Notes under the pieces: generated by a model
Seen by the model: only the letters and a program-made list of their open reading frames with translations
Databases searched by the model: none
What the model was told of the DNA's origin: nothing
IMG/VR virus record: IMGVR_UViG_3300005077_000033
Coordinates: 1 to 51,620 of that record
Origin: a virus
Lineage: Duplodnaviria > Caudoviricetes
Strand: one strand, 5' to 3'
DNA: 51,620 bases
Made by a program: the position numbers and the translations under genes
Shown: one piece after another, positions 15,812-24,638 of the stretch
How the letters are laid out: each line of letters opens with the position of its first letter
Position numbering within the stretch: the stretch's first letter is position 1

Positions 15812-16487
15812 ATTTTTCGCCTGTCCGGCTCAGTTTGAGTACGGCAGGTGGCATAAACCAAAGCAAACGGTCCCTTGGCTGGAGTACGGTATCCGTGTTC
15901 ACGCCCTGTTGGAACATGATCTGGATCAGGACAAGGCAACAAAGTCCAGCGGTATGTCTATCGCTCCACAGGACATCCAAACCGCCACCATGCTGAAAGA
16001 CTATGCCGAACTTTCTGGGTATAAACTGACGGAGAAAGAAACCAAATTCCAGTTTGAGTACGGAGACATAGAGTTTACCGGAATCATAGATGCTATTGGT
16101 ACGTGGCACGGTATTCCGGTGTTGGTGGACTGGAAAACAACAGGGAAGCGGTGGCTGGTAATTGGGAGTCGTCCACCCAAAGGGGCAGGGTTCCAGCCGG
16201 TCATCTACTCTCTCTATTCAGATGTCCCTAACGTACACTTTATTGTGTCGGACGGCAACACGGTGGATTCCTTCCGGTTTGTTTGTACAGAAACTGACGT
16301 AGAAAATCTAGAGCAGGCTGTTCGATTGATTCAGTTCGCAGAGGAAAACGATTACTACCCAAAGAACCGAGGGTTCATGTGCCAGTATTGTGACTTTGGT
16401 CCACTTTGCTACGGAAGTTTGCCCAAAGAAGAATTACCAAACTACTATATAAGGAGAACAGTTAATGAACGAGAAAATGAAGAATGA
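15783..16487 (+). CDS. PD-(D/E)XK exonuclease (Cas4/RecB-like)
   Basis: LSPT...ACP, GIRVHALLE, GIIDAI, VDWKT, C-terminal CQYCDFGPLC. Confidence 0.85.
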   Translation: MRLSPTAMNRFFACPAQFEYGRWHKPKQTVPWLEYGIRVHALLEHDLDQDKATKSSGMSIAPQDIQTATMLKDYAELSGYKLTEKETKFQFEYGDIEFTGIIDAIGTWHGIPVLVDWKTTGKRWLVIGSRPPKGAGFQPVIYSLYSDVPNVHFIVSDGNTVDSFRFVCTETDVENLEQAVRLIQFAEENDYYPKNRGFMCQYCDFGPLCYGSLPKEELPNYYIRRTVNERENEE

Positions 16488-16914
16488 GATTGTGGAGGAA
16501 ATTGGTTCCATGTTGGAAGTGCTGAAGGGCGGGGCAGAAAAGCTCAGGGAAATGAGGGAACTTGTCTACAAAGCACAGACAGATTATGATAAGAAGAACA
16601 GGGAACTTCAGGAATTTGTCGCTGAGTGGACAATCGAATCCGCGACGACTGACCCTGAGCTTGATAAGCCTGTCGATCCTCGCACTGGTCGCACCAATCA
16701 GGACTGGACCCAGCTGCTGACTGAGGCAAAGCTGGCAGAGAACGCCGAGTACATCAAACTGCGGGAGGATTTGTTTGTCGCGCAGGAAGTTCTTCTCAGT
16801 GCCCGGCATGAGATTGAAATCATCACGGATTCGAGGGCAACTATTGGTCTGGAGATCAGACTGCTGGAGGTCCTTGCCAAAGTGGAGGGACTATGGATGT
16901 CAGAGAACTCCTAA
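16465..16914 (+). CDS. Coiled-coil hypothetical protein
   Basis: AAGGAG RBS; helical composition. Confidence 0.7.
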   Translation: MNEKMKNEIVEEIGSMLEVLKGGAEKLREMRELVYKAQTDYDKKNRELQEFVAEWTIESATTDPELDKPVDPRTGRTNQDWTQLLTEAKLAENAEYIKLREDLFVAQEVLLSARHEIEIITDSRATIGLEIRLLEVLAKVEGLWMSENS

Positions 16915-17480
16915 GCACACCGGAAAATATGGACTACGTAAACATCGACTTCACGGCAACCGGAAAGGATGCCAGTGAACATGCCACCTACAAAACATGG
17001 ACAGCAAAGGTACCATTTATTGTGAGTAATCCAGTGATGGGGATTGATCCCGGAAGAAATTTCGGGATCACCGTCCTGCATCAAGATTCTGCACTGGTGT
17101 GGTACGGAAAGCTGACCAAAAGAGAGCCGCAGTGGAAGTACGGGCTGGATGCTTTCGCCGTCGGGAAGGACAAGGCGAGGGTGTGTGACTTTGGTGTGGT
17201 GGAGGGACCGATCTTCCGGGCAGAGGGACAGGGTAAGCTGTACGGAGAAGCGAACCTCGCAAATATTCGGTTCGGTTTTCTGCTCGGCATACTGCAACAC
17301 TGCTCGGAGGTGGACATGGTTCCTCCCGCTTCCTCCAGAAAGACTACGTTCGGTTCAGCGAAAGTAAAAGGCATGGACGTGTGGACAACTATCGACCCCA
17401 ATGCTGCTGAGTCGCTGGTTCTCGCCATCTGTGCGGCGAAAAAGAAGGGATGGTATACACATGGAAATTCTGATAGTTGA
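16893..17480 (+). CDS. RuvC-like Holliday junction resolvase
   Basis: MGIDPGRNFG, VVEG, VPPASSRK...G.AK, AAESL. Confidence 0.75.
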   Translation: MDVRELLSTPENMDYVNIDFTATGKDASEHATYKTWTAKVPFIVSNPVMGIDPGRNFGITVLHQDSALVWYGKLTKREPQWKYGLDAFAVGKDKARVCDFGVVEGPIFRAEGQGKLYGEANLANIRFGFLLGILQHCSEVDMVPPASSRKTTFGSAKVKGMDVWTTIDPNAAESLVLAICAAKKKGWYTHGNSDS

Positions 17481-17991
17481 TCTTGAATGTACAATGCCTC
17501 CTGTAAAAAGGACAGGAGAGATTATCCAGATAGGAACATCGATGTTGTCTGTTTCGGATACGAGAGGGTCGAAGATCACAAAAAATTCACCCATCTATGT
17601 ACTCCCGAAACGCACCCAGCTTACGCCGGAGTGTACTGAACTCACTGGTATTGATTCTCCAACACTGGGTACACTGGGTGTTCCACTGCACACGGCTCTT
17701 GCGTTCCTGTCCGGCATGGTATATGACTGGTGGGGTTCGTGGGGGATGTTTGACTACAATAAGCTGGATGAAGCTACCTATATGGACAACACGGAGTTTC
17801 CCCTGCGTAGGAACAGGTACACAAACCTGAAGGCTCTGTTCAGTATCATGTGCCAGACGTCAAAAGCCTACGGACTTGGGTCTGCTCTGGATTTTCTGGG
17901 TCTTGAATTTGAAGGGCGACCGCACGACGGGGCAGACGATGCTTACAACACCGCCCGTGTTATCGAACGTATACTTACAGGGGGGTCTTAG
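17461..17991 (+). CDS. DEDDh 3'-5' exonuclease, ERI-1/3'hExo-like
   Basis: IVDLECT, EIIQIG, LTPECTELTGI, WGMFD, NLK, GLEFEGRPHDGADDAYNTA. Confidence 0.88.
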   Translation: MEILIVDLECTMPPVKRTGEIIQIGTSMLSVSDTRGSKITKNSPIYVLPKRTQLTPECTELTGIDSPTLGTLGVPLHTALAFLSGMVYDWWGSWGMFDYNKLDEATYMDNTEFPLRRNRYTNLKALFSIMCQTSKAYGLGSALDFLGLEFEGRPHDGADDAYNTARVIERILTGGS

Positions 17992-18000
17992 TGACCCCCC
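17980..18000. terminator. Hairpin at the convergence of the two genome arms
   Basis: GGGGGGTC-TTAGT-GACCCCCC between convergent stop codons. Confidence 0.65.
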
Positions 18001-18023
18001 ACATATTCTCTGTTGTTCCCCTG

Positions 18024-19316
18024 TTACACAAAATCCCTATTTGTTTCATAGATTGCTTCCATCCATGACAGGTCTGGCTCTGTGTCTATGTCCATGACAT
18101 CAGGCACGGGATATTGCTTCCAATCGTCTTTGATTTCCTCAAAGGGAACAAATTCATACGTAGTGCTTTTGATCTTGCCGTCGTCCCCTATTCGGAATGT
18201 AAGGATTGTGCCGCCAATGCTGGGGTACAGTCCTTTTCGTTTGAGGTAATTGGTCCGTCCCTCGAAACAGCCGGGATGGATGCCGGGGATGGGGAGGTCT
18301 GGCAGGATGCTGCTAATGTGGAGGTGCCCGGCGATCAGTACATTGACTTTGGGACTTCTTTCATCCCTGATTGCCTGCTGCATTTCATCTATTGCCTGCG
18401 ACTCGATGCCCTTCTGCAATCTGTATGACTTTGCATAAGGTACGCCTCCAGACGGGTGCCATAATTTTACATCTACCTGATCCGTGAGAGGGATGCTGGC
18501 TACATCATATCCTAAATAGATCGCATCTTCCCTCTTGTCACAGAATTTGCGGACGGCATCTATTCCCGTGGTGGTGACACACCAGTAGTCGTGGTTGCCG
18601 CCCAGCTCATAGTATTTCACCCCGTCGTATTTCGGTGTATACATAAGTGACAGGTCGATTTGTGCGTCAACCGCTTTGTGAAGTAGCCCCCTGCTGGAAA
18701 TGTATGCCAATGGTGTAACCATATCCAGCTCATGACCACGGTACCCTGCAACACCAGTGAACCGATCACCGGGGTTCATGATGTGGCGCACGCCCTTCTC
18801 GACACAGTATTTCACGAACCTGTTGTAAGAAGTAATCTGTGCCTTGTTTCCTCCGTGGTGAAGGTCAGAGGCTATACCGATTGCGATGGTGTCCCCCTCG
18901 ATACTGGCGATGGACGGCATGGAGATTGGAGTTTCCGGTCGATTGATTGTCTCAATGTACGTTCTGTCCTTCAGTTGTTGGAGAACATAGCCTTCCTCCT
19001 TCATCTCGTCCAGTATCTCTTTGATGGTTGCCGGAGACTTGTCATACCTGTTACAGATTTCCTCCAGCGAACGGGGCGAATCTCTCAGGAAGGTAAAGAG
19101 GTCCTCTTTACTGGGTGTATCATCATCTCGTTTCACGGGCTGTTCTGTTGCCAGCCTGTTGAATTTGATCCTGTCTATCCGTGACTGGCAGGATTTGATT
19201 GACCTGTCCAGCTTGTCGCTGATTTGTTCCCAGCTTAGTTCTTCTTTCTGTAGCAGCTCGTAGTTACTCAGCAAAAGCTGATCTTCCTCGCTTGTCCACT
19301 TCTTCCATTCAGTCAT
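18024..19316 (-). CDS. Calcineurin-like metallophosphoesterase with N-terminal Myb-like and HTH domains
   Basis: SDLH, GD, GNHD, H, GHLH motifs; KKWTSEEDQLL...CQSR N-terminus. Confidence 0.85.
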   Translation of the reverse strand: MTEWKKWTSEEDQLLLSNYELLQKEELSWEQISDKLDRSIKSCQSRIDRIKFNRLATEQPVKRDDDTPSKEDLFTFLRDSPRSLEEICNRYDKSPATIKEILDEMKEEGYVLQQLKDRTYIETINRPETPISMPSIASIEGDTIAIGIASDLHHGGNKAQITSYNRFVKYCVEKGVRHIMNPGDRFTGVAGYRGHELDMVTPLAYISSRGLLHKAVDAQIDLSLMYTPKYDGVKYYELGGNHDYWCVTTTGIDAVRKFCDKREDAIYLGYDVASIPLTDQVDVKLWHPSGGVPYAKSYRLQKGIESQAIDEMQQAIRDERSPKVNVLIAGHLHISSILPDLPIPGIHPGCFEGRTNYLKRKGLYPSIGGTILTFRIGDDGKIKSTTYEFVPFEEIKDDWKQYPVPDVMDIDTEPDLSWMEAIYETNRDFV

Positions 19317-19331
19317 AGTGTCCTCTCACAA

Positions 19332-19358
19332 AGAAGGGCAGGAATATCCTGCCCTTCT
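19332..19358 (-). terminator. Intrinsic terminator after the lysis genes
   Basis: AGAAGGGCAGGA-ATA-TCCTGCCCTTCT, short U-run on the minus strand. Confidence 0.65.
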
Positions 19359-19366
19359 CTATCCTG

Positions 19367-19381
19367 AAGTAACGGTTACTT
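19367..19381. promoter_or_regulatory. Palindromic site AAGTAA-CGG-TTACTT (copy 4)
   Basis: Identical to copy 2; directly after the holin stop codon. Confidence 0.7.
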
Positions 19382-19642
19382 TTATCCAGCCATCAGACGG
19401 TAGAACACCTGCGCCGATGCAAAGATCAGAGTAATCGTACTTGCAAGTTCCTCCAGCGAAAATGACTGCACTGTTAGCTGACCCGTAAGAGCCAAAGCCA
19501 CGGCAGCCAGTATCGCTGAAACGATGCCGGACACCAGCAGTGCCGTCCTTCCCTCGACATGCAGTGCTTTCTTCAGCATGTCGATCAGAGGCACGCCAAT
19601 GAACCCGGCGAGTACAGAAAAGAGTTCAGTATACTGTTCCAT
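19382..19642 (-). CDS. Holin-like membrane protein
   Basis: 86 aa, 2-3 hydrophobic helices, next to the endolysin; AAGGAGG RBS. Confidence 0.75.
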   Translation of the reverse strand: MEQYTELFSVLAGFIGVPLIDMLKKALHVEGRTALLVSGIVSAILAAVALALTGQLTVQSFSLEELASTITLIFASAQVFYRLMAG

Positions 19643-19677
19643 CTCACAACCTCCTTAGTTTGTGTTTCTTTATTATA

Positions 19678-20022
19678 TCAGATTACCTTAGTCAAAAGAT
19701 ACTGGAAAAGAAATACCACAATCGGGAACACGATGTATGCAACGTCCTTCCAGTTTACTCTGTGCTTTTCCGCCGAGACGAATTCCTTCCTTTGTGATTC
19801 TTTGATGTCATCGGTTCGTTCCTTGGCTGTGTCCTCCATGTGTTGTATGTTCACTTCCATAACACTCATACGTGTGAGGAGTCCAGCCTTTCCATTACCG
19901 TAAACGGCATCGTGGATTTGTCCGATTTCCTTGCCGACTTTCTCGACATCGGACTTTACTCCATCCAACTTTACCAGTAACAACTCATACTGCTCTTGAC
20001 TTATGCACATTTCGTGTTCCAT
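19678..20022 (-). CDS. Lysis-cassette coiled-coil protein with C-terminal TM helix
   Basis: GGAG RBS before 20022; VYGNGKAGLLTRM; C-terminal hydrophobic helix. Confidence 0.65.
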   Translation of the reverse strand: MEHEMCISQEQYELLLVKLDGVKSDVEKVGKEIGQIHDAVYGNGKAGLLTRMSVMEVNIQHMEDTAKERTDDIKESQRKEFVSAEKHRVNWKDVAYIVFPIVVFLFQYLLTKVI

Positions 20023-20044
20023 TCTCCACTCCGGTTCCTGATGA

Positions 20045-21022
20045 TTATAGTGTAATAGTGTACTGGGTGTGTATCCACACACCATCAGCAACCATTCCCC
20101 ACGGACCACTGAACGCGTAGATCGGAACCACGGCTCCGCGTAAGAGGGCACCCAAAGGTTTGCCTGTTGTGTCCGGGGTAGGTCTGAGATTGAGACCGAG
20201 AATAGTCGTGACTTTTACATACTGAAGCGGCTCTCCGACCACAGCCGGGGGTTCTGGTTGAGGCACCCCGCTGTCTATCGGAACGTCGCAGTATTCATAA
20301 AATTCTTCGTAGGTTCCATTGAAGAAGTTCAGGTCAACCTGCGCACTTTCTGTTCCGTAGTATCTCCCGTCACCCTTGTCGGTGAACTGCCAGAATGTCC
20401 AACTGTCCCACGTGATGGGTTTGTATTTTGGATTTTGCCAAGGGTTGGTATAGGTATTCACGTCGTCTGGATAGATAGCAATCCATAAATTAAAGTAGCT
20501 AGCCCACTTGCAATAGGCAGCATACTGGTTCCATTTCAGGCCACTGCAATAAATTTCGTGCTCCTTATTCGGGAAGTAGTATCGCAGGACTTCCATGAAC
20601 TGATCCATCTCGCTGGAAGCCTGTGCCTTTGTCACACCGTCAAAGTTTTCGAAGTCTCCGATAAGGCCAGTGAAGGCGTCCCCTGCCCCTGCGTCATCCA
20701 GATATTCGAGCATTTTCAGAGCCTGACGTTTGCCTCCCCACCGGGGACGAGCATACCAATAAAACCACCGGGGAAAGGTGTCTACCATGGTGTTGGATAG
20801 CTGAACGTTTGGGAGCAGATCGTAATCGCTATATAATGTCCCGTTGTCGGCTGTGCAGGAACCAGCCCTGATCTTGGCTCCGACTATTCCTCGACTCTTT
20901 GCCAGCTCAAAGTTTGTCCCGTACTCTGTATTGGGATAGGACTGCCACCCTGACACGTCCATAACCACGGGACGGTCAAATGTCAGTTCTTTTGTTCCGG
21001 TAATGAGTTCTATAGTTCTCAT
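20045..21022 (-). CDS. Endolysin, GH25 muramidase + SH3b
   Basis: DVSGWQ, DFE, LWIAIY, WTFWQFT, VDLN; C-terminal GLNLRPTP...GVWIH. Confidence 0.9.
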   Translation of the reverse strand: MRTIELITGTKELTFDRPVVMDVSGWQSYPNTEYGTNFELAKSRGIVGAKIRAGSCTADNGTLYSDYDLLPNVQLSNTMVDTFPRWFYWYARPRWGGKRQALKMLEYLDDAGAGDAFTGLIGDFENFDGVTKAQASSEMDQFMEVLRYYFPNKEHEIYCSGLKWNQYAAYCKWASYFNLWIAIYPDDVNTYTNPWQNPKYKPITWDSWTFWQFTDKGDGRYYGTESAQVDLNFFNGTYEEFYEYCDVPIDSGVPQPEPPAVVGEPLQYVKVTTILGLNLRPTPDTTGKPLGALLRGAVVPIYAFSGPWGMVADGVWIHTQYTITL

Positions 21023-21342
21023 GCAATTGCCTCCGTTACTTCCATAGTGAACATCTTGGACCGGGACAGTACCCCGGTCTTTTCCAGTGAGATGGTACAC
21101 TCCCATATTCCTGCTTGATCCAGATCACCAGCCGCAAAGGAAAAAGTTACCTTTCCGTCTGTTCCGTCAGTCAAAAACGACAGGGCACATGATACTGTTT
21201 TATATCCCTGCGGCGGTTTTGTTGCAAATGTTTTTGTGCCTGTGTACGAAGACACATCCTGAACGATTCCATTTTCGTTTTTCAGTGTAATGGAAACCGT
21301 CTTCCCGTATTCGCCGACAACCATTCCTTCAAGATCAGCCAT
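21019..21342 (-). CDS. BppU-like Ig-fold virion protein
   Basis: DGTDGKVTFSFAAGDLDQAGIW pattern. Confidence 0.6.
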   Translation of the reverse strand: MADLEGMVVGEYGKTVSITLKNENGIVQDVSSYTGTKTFATKPPQGYKTVSCALSFLTDGTDGKVTFSFAAGDLDQAGIWECTISLEKTGVLSRSKMFTMEVTEAIA

Positions 21343-21343
21343 A

Positions 21344-22354
21344 CTACACCTCCATCACCACAGTATTGTCGGTGGTTTCATTTATGTTTACTTCCACAGC
21401 AGGGGACATATCAGCTACCACACTCTCGGCAGGAGTCACTTCAATCCTTGCAACGGATATTACTTTCTTTCTTGCCCTCCCGAAAAGAGTAGACACTACT
21501 GTACTTGCGACGCCCTTTATAATATATGCCAAGGTTCCGGCTATGCCTGATAGTCTGGCTGAGGCGGAGGATAACAGTAAGGACTTATTCATTTTTACCG
21601 CCGCTGTTTTAAGGACGGCGACAGCTGAGGCGAGTGTATATTTCAAATCCAAGACCAGAGAGGGAGCCACGCTTGCCATGATTGCAGAAGAAGCATCCGG
21701 TGTCAGAGTAACATTTGCTGGTCTCAGAGCTACCAACGCCAAAGAAAGAAGCGTATTTGAATCATAGGTACATGTATGGGACATGCTCACAGAGCTTGCG
21801 CCTGCTTTTTCGCTTGCAATAGACCAAACATCGATTCCGCTTCCTCCGTGTGCCCCTGTTTTTCTTGTGGTTTGACCAGTTCCTGTCGACCACGTACAGC
21901 CAAACTCTTCCGCTACGGAGAAACCAAGTACCAGTTCGTCTGTTGCACTTGCTATGGTGTCCGATATAGTGTCGGAACCTGTTCCTGATGTTTCTTCCAC
22001 ATTCACATTAAATGGTGTTGTTTGATCTACTCCGTGGTAGGAAAGTAATATTAAAGTGTTGAGTTTTGAGTTAACATCTCCATCCCACGTCACAGTATAA
22101 GTTCCGGCAGACAGTCCCGTAATGTAGTACAAATACGAACGGCGAGAACCGGAGATGGTGTATGGGTTTGCCGCGTTTGGGACTGCTGTGAGGTTGGTTG
22201 TTCCTACTTTAAATGACGTTTGGGTTGCTCCATGTTGTTTCATGAAAGCAACAAGAATATTATCATTTCCATCTCCGATAGTTATATTGCAGGAGACGGA
22301 AGCCACATATCCTTGTGACCCAGCCTCAGCCGACGCATCAAACGTAATTGCCAT
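21344..22354 (-). CDS. Virion structural protein (tail fibre/appendage)
   Basis: Ser/Thr/Gly-rich beta-strand composition; tail module. Confidence 0.6.
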   Translation of the reverse strand: MAITFDASAEAGSQGYVASVSCNITIGDGNDNILVAFMKQHGATQTSFKVGTTNLTAVPNAANPYTISGSRRSYLYYITGLSAGTYTVTWDGDVNSKLNTLILLSYHGVDQTTPFNVNVEETSGTGSDTISDTIASATDELVLGFSVAEEFGCTWSTGTGQTTRKTGAHGGSGIDVWSIASEKAGASSVSMSHTCTYDSNTLLSLALVALRPANVTLTPDASSAIMASVAPSLVLDLKYTLASAVAVLKTAAVKMNKSLLLSSASARLSGIAGTLAYIIKGVASTVVSTLFGRARKKVISVARIEVTPAESVVADMSPAVEVNINETTDNTVVMEV

Positions 22355-22819
22355 TTAGCTCTCCGAAAAATCGATTTCCAAATCTTGCAGTGTAATGGTT
22401 GAGCCGTCCCCGATGGACTGCGCCCCTCCAAGACTCCAATATACCCACACTTCCCGGTTCGCTATAGTCCCGTTGTCATCCAGCAGTACGGCATACAGCG
22501 CATCATCACCGGATGCCGGTATTGATCCTCCGTCCGCTGTCCATGCTACGTCTTTGATCTTGATGACTCCCTTGTTCCCGGAATCGTCCTCTGTCCATGT
22601 GTCAAAGTCCGTGCCTCCGGGAGTAAGCTCAAATCCACCTGTGTCATACCCGTTGCCGTCTGCGATCTCTGTCAAGTCGGACAAGGTATTGGTGTCGGCA
22701 TCAGGAGTGTCTGTAACCAAAGCGACATAGAAATTCGTGGGTAGTGTTTCCCCCCGAAAAATCGCTCCAGCCATCCGATACTTTCCTTTGTTCGTTATTC
22801 CTGCCATAGTTTCCTCCAT
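22355..22819 (-). CDS. Virion structural protein
   Basis: Acidic, Gly-rich; ALVTDTP...EIADGNGY..GG pattern; start may be 22807. Confidence 0.65.
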   Translation of the reverse strand: MEETMAGITNKGKYRMAGAIFRGETLPTNFYVALVTDTPDADTNTLSDLTEIADGNGYDTGGFELTPGGTDFDTWTEDDSGNKGVIKIKDVAWTADGGSIPASGDDALYAVLLDDNGTIANREVWVYWSLGGAQSIGDGSTITLQDLEIDFSES

Positions 22820-22843
22820 CTATAGTTTACAATAACGCAGTAA

Positions 22844-23956
22844 CTATAATCTAGCCTCCAGTTTTTCCATCCGTGCATCCAGTTCCTTGATAGCCCCGAT
22901 CATGATGCTGAACAGGGCGGTCATCTCTGCTCCGTCCTCTCCCATCTTCTCGCCCTTCCTGTACATTAACTTCTTTCTGCGGTTCATCTCGTCCGGCTCT
23001 CTGTAAATATCCTTGTCGGCAACTTTAGCCGGGCGATACACGTCATCCGGCAAGGTAGCGTAATCAAGTCGTGCTCTTCCGGCAGGGGTTTTCTTTGTAG
23101 GATGTGGTTTGATTGCTTTAAGTGATTCTATGTCACTCACTCTTTTTCCTCGCACCAAAACTCCATCGTCGTACCATCCAAGACATCCCCTGTCGGTAAG
23201 GGTTTTGTATGATACGTCCTGCCAGTATGAAACAGCATCTCCCAGACTTCCCAGAGATTCCCACCCCGGACGAAATACCTCAATGCCGTCTGTGGAAGAA
23301 ACAACCTCCCAGCTGATTATGAGATCAGAAGAAGGAATATCAGAACCTGCATCAAATGCAGTGTGTCGTAACATGGCAATAGCCACTCTTGAACTGTGCA
23401 AAGAAAAAACAGAAGCGGCACTGTCCGTATCCCCGGTCGGGAGGGCGTCCTGTTGCCAATAGGTTCCGTCGTATCGCATACCCCCCATAAGGTAAAAGCC
23501 TGCCCTGTCGGAGGATAACGCATACCCACCAATGCGGCTCTTAGCTTCTCCGTTTCCTGCCTGTACTATAATCTCCGGGCGATCTTGTGAGGATGCCTGA
23601 AGAATATATCCGGTCGATGATAACTTGTGGGTTCCTCCGCCAAATACTCCCGTTCCGTCATCCACATCCAGACCGAATTGAAGTGAATCGTTATCTATAC
23701 CTACCAACACATAAGACGAATCCCCATAGGACAAGGATGGATATGCCATACGAACCCCGGTAAATCCTTTACCCGGTATTCCCTTGCCTGCGCGGAACTC
23801 ACCAGCAGATATGGTTCCAAGACTTTCACTGATGTCGGACAGCCCCTCGTGAATTACAATCTGACGAGAACCATCAATGCGAAGGGTATCTTCCATCGTG
23901 GCAAGTTTAGCGGAAATATTCTGAAGGAGGTCTCGTACTTCATCTATAGTTGGCAT
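22844..23956 (-). CDS. Tail fibre/spike with C-terminal intramolecular chaperone (S74-like)
   Basis: SDIESLKAIKP...MIGAIKELDARMEKLE C-terminus. Confidence 0.65.
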   Translation of the reverse strand: MPTIDEVRDLLQNISAKLATMEDTLRIDGSRQIVIHEGLSDISESLGTISAGEFRAGKGIPGKGFTGVRMAYPSLSYGDSSYVLVGIDNDSLQFGLDVDDGTGVFGGGTHKLSSTGYILQASSQDRPEIIVQAGNGEAKSRIGGYALSSDRAGFYLMGGMRYDGTYWQQDALPTGDTDSAASVFSLHSSRVAIAMLRHTAFDAGSDIPSSDLIISWEVVSSTDGIEVFRPGWESLGSLGDAVSYWQDVSYKTLTDRGCLGWYDDGVLVRGKRVSDIESLKAIKPHPTKKTPAGRARLDYATLPDDVYRPAKVADKDIYREPDEMNRRKKLMYRKGEKMGEDGAEMTALFSIMIGAIKELDARMEKLEARL

Positions 23957-24638
23957 AGAAGTCCTCTAATGTTTTATAGTCGCTGTCGAAAACGAACCAC
24001 TCATCGTCCTCTGTGTTGTACCCGGAGAATGTCATAAGTTCCTCCGTGGTGAGGGCTTGTCGATTGTAGGAGAACAAGCGGTGCATTGTGTTCTTGAACT
24101 GTGGTTCGTTATAAATAAGATCATCATCCAGATCGACAACAGTAAACCCCATCTCAGATAGAATCAATCTTTGCTCCGAGTCTTTTCTCATTCTGAGATG
24201 TTCTTCATGTGTTGGTCCCTGAACCTGAAGCACCATCATGGAATTGGGGAACAGGAAGTCCGCCACAATACCACCCAATTCCAGCCTGCCACCCTGCAAA
24301 CTTGACTGGAAATCAAAGTCAATGCCTGCTTTCATGCGCAGCGGAAAAAGCAGGTACTTGTACACAATGCGTTCGGGCAAAGTCCCACGAACAGCCGCCT
24401 TTGATACGGCTCTGGCTTCTCTGACGTCCTCGCCAATCTTGATCCGTCTCAGCCCGCGTTTGTGCTGCACGAACCACCACGGACTTTGGGAGAGTTCCTC
24501 CTTGCGAACCACCGAGGTTCCCCGCAGGATGACAGGACGCTCAATCGGCTGAGGAATCTTAATGCGTTCCTTCCGTGAGCCAATCAGAGTCTTTCCTCTG
24601 GCCGTTACTACAGGTCGAAACCTGTCACCCCTACCCAT
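23940..24638 (-). CDS. DUF559/Vsr-like endonuclease
   Basis: TLPERIVY...FQ...VADFL...QVQGPTH...KDSEQR..L..MGFTV. Confidence 0.7.
   Translation of the reverse strand: MGRGDRFRPVVTARGKTLIGSRKERIKIPQPIERPVILRGTSVVRKEELSQSPWWFVQHKRGLRRIKIGEDVREARAVSKAAVRGTLPERIVYKYLLFPLRMKAGIDFDFQSSLQGGRLELGGIVADFLFPNSMMVLQVQGPTHEEHLRMRKDSEQRLILSEMGFTVVDLDDDLIYNEPQFKNTMHRLFSYNRQALTTEELMTFSGYNTEDDEWFVFDSDYKTLEDFYANYR

Noticed and set aside
15783-16487. CRISPR-associated Cas4 or a CRISPR system
   Set aside because: No repeat-spacer array or other cas genes; the context is a phage recombination module
2064-19444. Identical 14-mer GTAATCGTACTTGC at 2064 and 19431
   Set aside because: Several chance 14-mer repeats are expected in 52 kb, and spacing does not fit the palindrome consensus
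20045-21022. Host assignment (e.g. Chloroflexota or another monoderm) from the GH25-SH3b lysin and absence of spanins
   Set aside because: Suggestive only; cannot be supported without database or CRISPR-spacer matches
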